From positions 7,051 to 71,050 of the forward strand of contig JAEZRH010000172.1 in the NCBI GenBank assembly GCA_023412845.1: a DNA stretch of 64,000 bases. Reading direction: 5' to 3'. The stretch comes from Bacillota bacterium (GTDB lineage: Bacteria > Bacillota > Clostridia > Oscillospirales > Acutalibacteraceae). Positions 60,219 to 64,000 of this stretch are shown piece after piece. The position numbers and the translations under genes are program-made. The first letter of the stretch is position 1; every line of letters starts with the position of its first letter. The notes under the pieces are model-generated. The model made no database searches. It worked only from the letters and a program-made list of their open reading frames with translations, and was not told where the DNA came from.

Positions 60219-61174
60219 TTTTCCGCTTCCAGATAAGTACGGATTGCCGAGAGCATCTGCTCCTCCGCTTCGTCCGCGGGCATGTTCAGCGTGCAGCCAG
60301 CCGCGCCCTTATGCCCGCCGCCGCCGAATTTTTCGCAGATCTCCGCCGCGTTTGCCGGCGGGCGGGCGCGCAGCGAGACCTTGTACGCGCCGTTGTCCTT
60401 TTCCCGCAGCGTGACGCCGATCAGCACGCCCTCGATCTCCCGCGGGATAGTCGAAAGGCCGTCGAGGTCGTCTTCCTTCGCCCCGGATTCCGCGATCATC
60501 TGCTTCGTGATGCGGATGACGGCGACCTCGCCGCCGCAGTCATACCGGATGGAGTCGAGCACCCGGCGCTCCATGTCGAGGCGGGCGCGGCTCTTGGTGT
60601 CGAACATGGCCCGGTCGATATCGCTCGCGGGCGCGCCTTGCTCCAGCAGCTCCGCCGCGATGCGGTGCGTCGTCGGCGTGGTGTTTACGTATTTGAAACA
60701 TCCGGTGTCCGTCGAGATGCCCATATAAAGACACGAAGCCGTCGCGGTGTCGATCTCCGCGCCCAGCAGCTTGAGAAGGGCGAAGATGATCTCGCACGTG
60801 GCGGCGGATTTCGGGTCTACATAGCGGAATTTCGCAAAACCGGCGTTCGAGGCGTGGTGGTCGATACAGAGGCCGATCTTTCCGCCATACCGCGAAAGCA
60901 GCGGCTCGCCCAGGAGCTCTTCGTCCGCGACGTCCACGGAGACGATCAGGTCCGGCTCAAAGCTGTCGTCCGGCAGGCCCTCGAACAAAAACCGGTATTT
61001 CGGCCCGATGGCGTCGGAGCACCGGACGGCCGCCCGCTTGCCGAGACCGCGCAGGCCGCGGCACAGCGCCGTGCCGGAACCGAGCGTGTCGCCGTCCGGG
61101 TACTGGTGACACAAAATGACGGCGCGCTCCGCCTTTTGCAGCATCGACGCCGCCTCGTTAAGGCTGATCATCAT
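60215..61174 (-). CDS. nrnA: DHH family phosphoesterase (NrnA-like)
   Basis: H..PDGD, IDHH, STDTG and GGGGHKGAAG motifs; rbfA-DHH-truB synteny. Confidence 0.85.
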   Translation of the reverse strand: MMISLNEAASMLQKAERAVILCHQYPDGDTLGSGTALCRGLRGLGKRAAVRCSDAIGPKYRFLFEGLPDDSFEPDLIVSVDVADEELLGEPLLSRYGGKIGLCIDHHASNAGFAKFRYVDPKSAATCEIIFALLKLLGAEIDTATASCLYMGISTDTGCFKYVNTTPTTHRIAAELLEQGAPASDIDRAMFDTKSRARLDMERRVLDSIRYDCGGEVAVIRITKQMIAESGAKEDDLDGLSTIPREIEGVLIGVTLREKDNGAYKVSLRARPPANAAEICEKFGGGGHKGAAGCTLNMPADEAEEQMLSAIRTYLEAEK

Positions 61175-61520
61175 GGCCGTCCTCCTTCAGGCTGTTCAGG
61201 ATGCGCGAGATATTTGCGCCGTATTCGATGGAGTCCGTCGGCCGGAACACGAGCTCCGGCACCTTACGCAGCGAAAGACGGCTGCCCAGCTCGTGGCGAA
61301 TGAAGCCGGAAGCGGATTTCAGTCCGGCCACGGCGGTTTTCGCCCGGTCCATCCCCTCCATCGCGCTGATATACACCGTACAGTACGAAAGGTCGTTCGT
61401 TACTTCCACGCGGACGACGCTGATCAATCCCTGCACCCGGGGGTCCTTCAGTTCGCGCAGGATCGCCGTCAGCTCACGCAGGATATCTTCGGTCACGCGG
61501 CCCATCTTATGGCTTGCCAT
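61158..61520 (-). CDS. rbfA: ribosome-binding factor A
   Basis: LKDPR, VEVTNDLS, A.GFIR and LRKVPEL.F..D motifs. Confidence 0.95.
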   Translation of the reverse strand: MASHKMGRVTEDILRELTAILRELKDPRVQGLISVVRVEVTNDLSYCTVYISAMEGMDRAKTAVAGLKSASGFIRHELGSRLSLRKVPELVFRPTDSIEYGANISRILNSLKEDGHDDQP

Positions 61521-61687
61521 TTCTTCTTATCCCCTCAATCGTCCTCAATTGTACAAAACCGTGCCGGCGGCCCGGCCGCCTTTCAATCATCCGGCTGCAC
61601 TATGAAAACAGAGCCGCCGTCCGGGCACGGATAGCTTTCGTCCCCGACAAAACTAGACGCCCGGCCGTGGGAGCGGCGACACGCCGC

Positions 61688-64000
61688 CTACTCCGTGTAT
61701 TCTTCCATGGTGAAGGCTTCCAATACGTCGCCTTCCTTGATGTCGCTGTATTTTGTGAGGCCGATGCCGCAGTCGTATCCTTCGGCGACTTCCTTCGCGT
61801 CGTCCTTGAAGCGCTTGAGCGAAGAGATGCTGTCCTCCGCGAGGACGATGCCGTCGCGCACCACCCGGATCTGCGCGCTGCGCGTGACTTTGCCGGTCGT
61901 GACGTGCGCGCCGGCGATGGTGCCGACGTTGCTGATGTGGTAGACCTGGCGCACCTCCGCCTTGCCGAGGGCCGTCTCGCGCACCTTCGGAGCCAGCATG
62001 CCCTTGAGGGCGGAGCCGATCTCGTCGATGCAGTCGTAGATCACGCGGTAAAGCCGCAGTTCCACGCCGTCGCGCTTTGCGTTCTCTTCCGCAACGGGGT
62101 CGGGCCGTACGTTGAAGCCGACGATGATCGCGCCGGAAGCTGCCGCGAGCATCACGTCCGACTCGCTGACGGCGCCTACGCCGCTGTGGATGATGCTGAC
62201 GCGCGCCTCGTCGTTTGAAAGCTTTTCGAGCGACTGGCACACCGCTTCGACGGAGCCCTGCACGTCTGCCTTCACGATGAGGTCGAGCTCCTTGACGTCG
62301 CCCTGCTTCATCTGATCGAACAGATTGTCGAGCGTAACCTTCGTGCGGGAGTTGAACTTTTCTTCCTTCCGCTCCGTGAGGCGCTGCTGCACCAGTTCGC
62401 GGGCCAGGCGTTCGTCGGAAACGGCGTTGAACACGTCGCCGCCCTCTGGCACGTCGCCGAGACCCGTGATCTCGACAGGCACGCTCGGCCCGGCGGACTC
62501 GATGGTTTTGCCGTTCTCGTCCGCCATGGCGCGCACGCGGCCGACGGTCGTGCCCGCGACCAGCACGTCGCCTACGTGCAGCGTGCCGTTCTGCACCAGC
62601 ACGGTCGCCACGGGGCCGCGGCCCTTGTCGAGTCTTGCCTCGATGACTGTGCCCTTCGCTGCGCGGTCCGGGTTGGCTTTCAGTTCTTTCACGTCCGCGA
62701 CGAGCAGGATGGTTTCCAGCAGGTCCTTGATGCCGGTCTTTTGCACCGCGGAGACCCTGACGCAGGGAACGTCGCCGCCCCATTCCTCCGGCACGAGCTC
62801 ATACTTCGTCAGCTGTTCCATCACCTGCTCGGGGTTTGCGCCCGGCTTATCCATCTTGTTGATGGCGACGATGATGGAAACCTTCGCAGCCTTCGCGTGG
62901 TGGATGGCCTCGACCGTCTGCGGCATGATGCCGTCGTCGGCCGCGACGACCAGCACGGCGATATCCGTCACCTGGGCGCCGCGCGCGCGCATGGTGGTAA
63001 ACGCCTCGTGGCCCGGCGTGTCGAGGAAAGTGACGTCGCGCCCGCCTATCTTGACCTGGTAAGCGCCAATGTGCTGGGTGATGCCGCCGGCTTCCGTCTC
63101 TGTCACGCTCGTGTGGCGGATGGCGTCGAGCAGCGAGGTCTTGCCGTGGTCGACGTGGCCCATGACCACGACGACCGGCGCGCGGGGCACGAGGTTTTCG
63201 TCCTTGTCTTCGCTGTCGTCGATGATCTGTTCCTCGATGGTGACGACAACTTCCTTTTCCACCTTCGCGTGGAATTCCATAGCCGCAAGAGAAGCGGTGT
63301 CGAAATCCACCACGTCGTTCACGGCTGCAAAAACGCCGAGACCCATCAGCTTTTTGATGACCTCCGCCGCCGTGGCTTTCAGGCGCAGGGCCAGCTCGCC
63401 GACGGTGATCTGCTCCGGAATCTGGATGGTGATGGGCTTGTTCTTGCGCTCAAGCGCGATGCGGCGCAGGCGCTCGGACTCCGTCTCTTTGCGGTAGCCG
63501 CGCGGCCTGCCGCGGTACTGGCTGCTTTTCTGGGTCAGCTTCTGCTTGCGGACGACGTTGTCCGTCGTGCGCACTTTGTCCGACGTGGACGCGAGGCGGT
63601 CGTACTTTTCGTTGTAGCGGTCGAGTTCGACGTGCGACGCGTGGGTGTCGACAATCCTGCCGGCGGGGCGCGCGATGGTGCTGTCGCCCGTGTTCATGCG
63701 AACCGTCGTCTGCTGCGGATGCTTCTGCGCGGGCGGCTTGGGCGGCTGGCTCTTCCTGTGGTTCTGCTGGTTCGCGTTCTGCTGCCCGGCCGGGAAGCGG
63801 CCTGCTGCGGGCGAAGCTGCTCTCGGCGCGCGAGGCGCCTCGTTCTGGCCAGTGCCCGGCTGGCGGCCGGGGCGCTGCGGGAATCTGCGCTGGTCCCCGT
63901 ATCTGCCCGCTTCCTGGCGGCCGGCGGTTGGCTGACGGCCGGCGGTCGGCTGACGGCCGGGGCCCGGCTGGCGGCGGTCCGCGCCCGGAGCAGCCGCTCT
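61688..64000 (-). CDS. infB: translation initiation factor IF-2, 5'-truncated by window edge
   Basis: [28 protein letters not shown] and KADVQGS motifs; frame is open to 64000 through a low-complexity N-terminal region. Confidence 0.97.
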   Translation of the reverse strand, partial: RAAAPGADRRQPGPGRQPTAGRQPTAGRQEAGRYGDQRRFPQRPGRQPGTGQNEAPRAPRAASPAAGRFPAGQQNANQQNHRKSQPPKPPAQKHPQQTTVRMNTGDSTIARPAGRIVDTHASHVELDRYNEKYDRLASTSDKVRTTDNVVRKQKLTQKSSQYRGRPRGYRKETESERLRRIALERKNKPITIQIPEQITVGELALRLKATAAEVIKKLMGLGVFAAVNDVVDFDTASLAAMEFHAKVEKEVVVTIEEQIIDDSEDKDENLVPRAPVVVVMGHVDHGKTSLLDAIRHTSVTETEAGGITQHIGAYQVKIGGRDVTFLDTPGHEAFTTMRARGAQVTDIAVLVVAADDGIMPQTVEAIHHAKAAKVSIIVAINKMDKPGANPEQVMEQLTKYELVPEEWGGDVPCVRVSAVQKTGIKDLLETILLVADVKELKANPDRAAKGTVIEARLDKGRGPVATVLVQNGTLHVGDVLVAGTTVGRVRAMADENGKTIESAGPSVPVEITGLGDVPEGGDVFNAVSDERLARELVQQRLTERKEEKFNSRTKVTLDNLFDQMKQGDVKELDLIVKADVQGSVEAVCQSLEKLSNDEARVSIIHSGVGAVSESDVMLAAASGAIIVGFNVRPDPVAEENAKRDGVELRLYRVIYDCIDEIGSALKGMLAPKVRETALGKAEVRQVYHISNVGTIAGAHVTTGKVTRSAQIRVVRDGIVLAEDSISSLKRFKDDAKEVAEGYDCGIGLTKYSDIKEGDVLEAFTMEEYTE

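Noticed and set aside
63860..63975. 18-bp tandem repeats near the window end
   Set aside because: They encode GRQP(T/G)A repeats in the variable low-complexity N-terminus of IF-2

Overview
GC-rich, core-genome region of an endospore-forming Clostridia bacterium; an Oscillospiraceae/Ruminococcaceae-like identity is inferred from gene content and order. Genes in order: partial U32 peptidase, dut, DUF4321-like, maf, mreB, tadA, a CPBP protease, a reverse-transsulfuration operon (mccB-mccA-SAM methyltransferase), preQ1-riboswitch-controlled queT, a split pstS / pstCA cluster, lepA-hemW-hrcA-grpE-dnaK-dnaJ with a perfect CIRCE, gpr-spoIIP, rpsT, spoVAE, a HAD hydrolase, flavodoxin, asnB, a WcaJ-like transferase, galK-galT-galE, a gerA-type germination operon with two B subunits, secA, pgm, a sigmaE-type three-gene operon, proBA, and infB(partial)-rbfA-DHH-truB-ribF-rpsO-pnp. 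No transposase, phage, CRISPR, rRNA or tRNA was seen. The main non-obvious signals are non-coding or tiny: (1) a 38-aa Cys-cluster leader peptide with terminator/antiterminator, i.e. a candidate ribosome-mediated cysteine attenuator for mccBA; (2) an orphan ~128-nt sRNA with a perfect sigmaA promoter and its own terminator between secA and pgm; (3) a rod-like structured RNA candidate near 6.5 kb; (4) an unannotated 50-aa membrane protein; (5) a six-unit Pho-box array; (6) several dispersed REP-like palindrome families and a MITE-like element. All calls are by eye; no database searches or folding programs were run.
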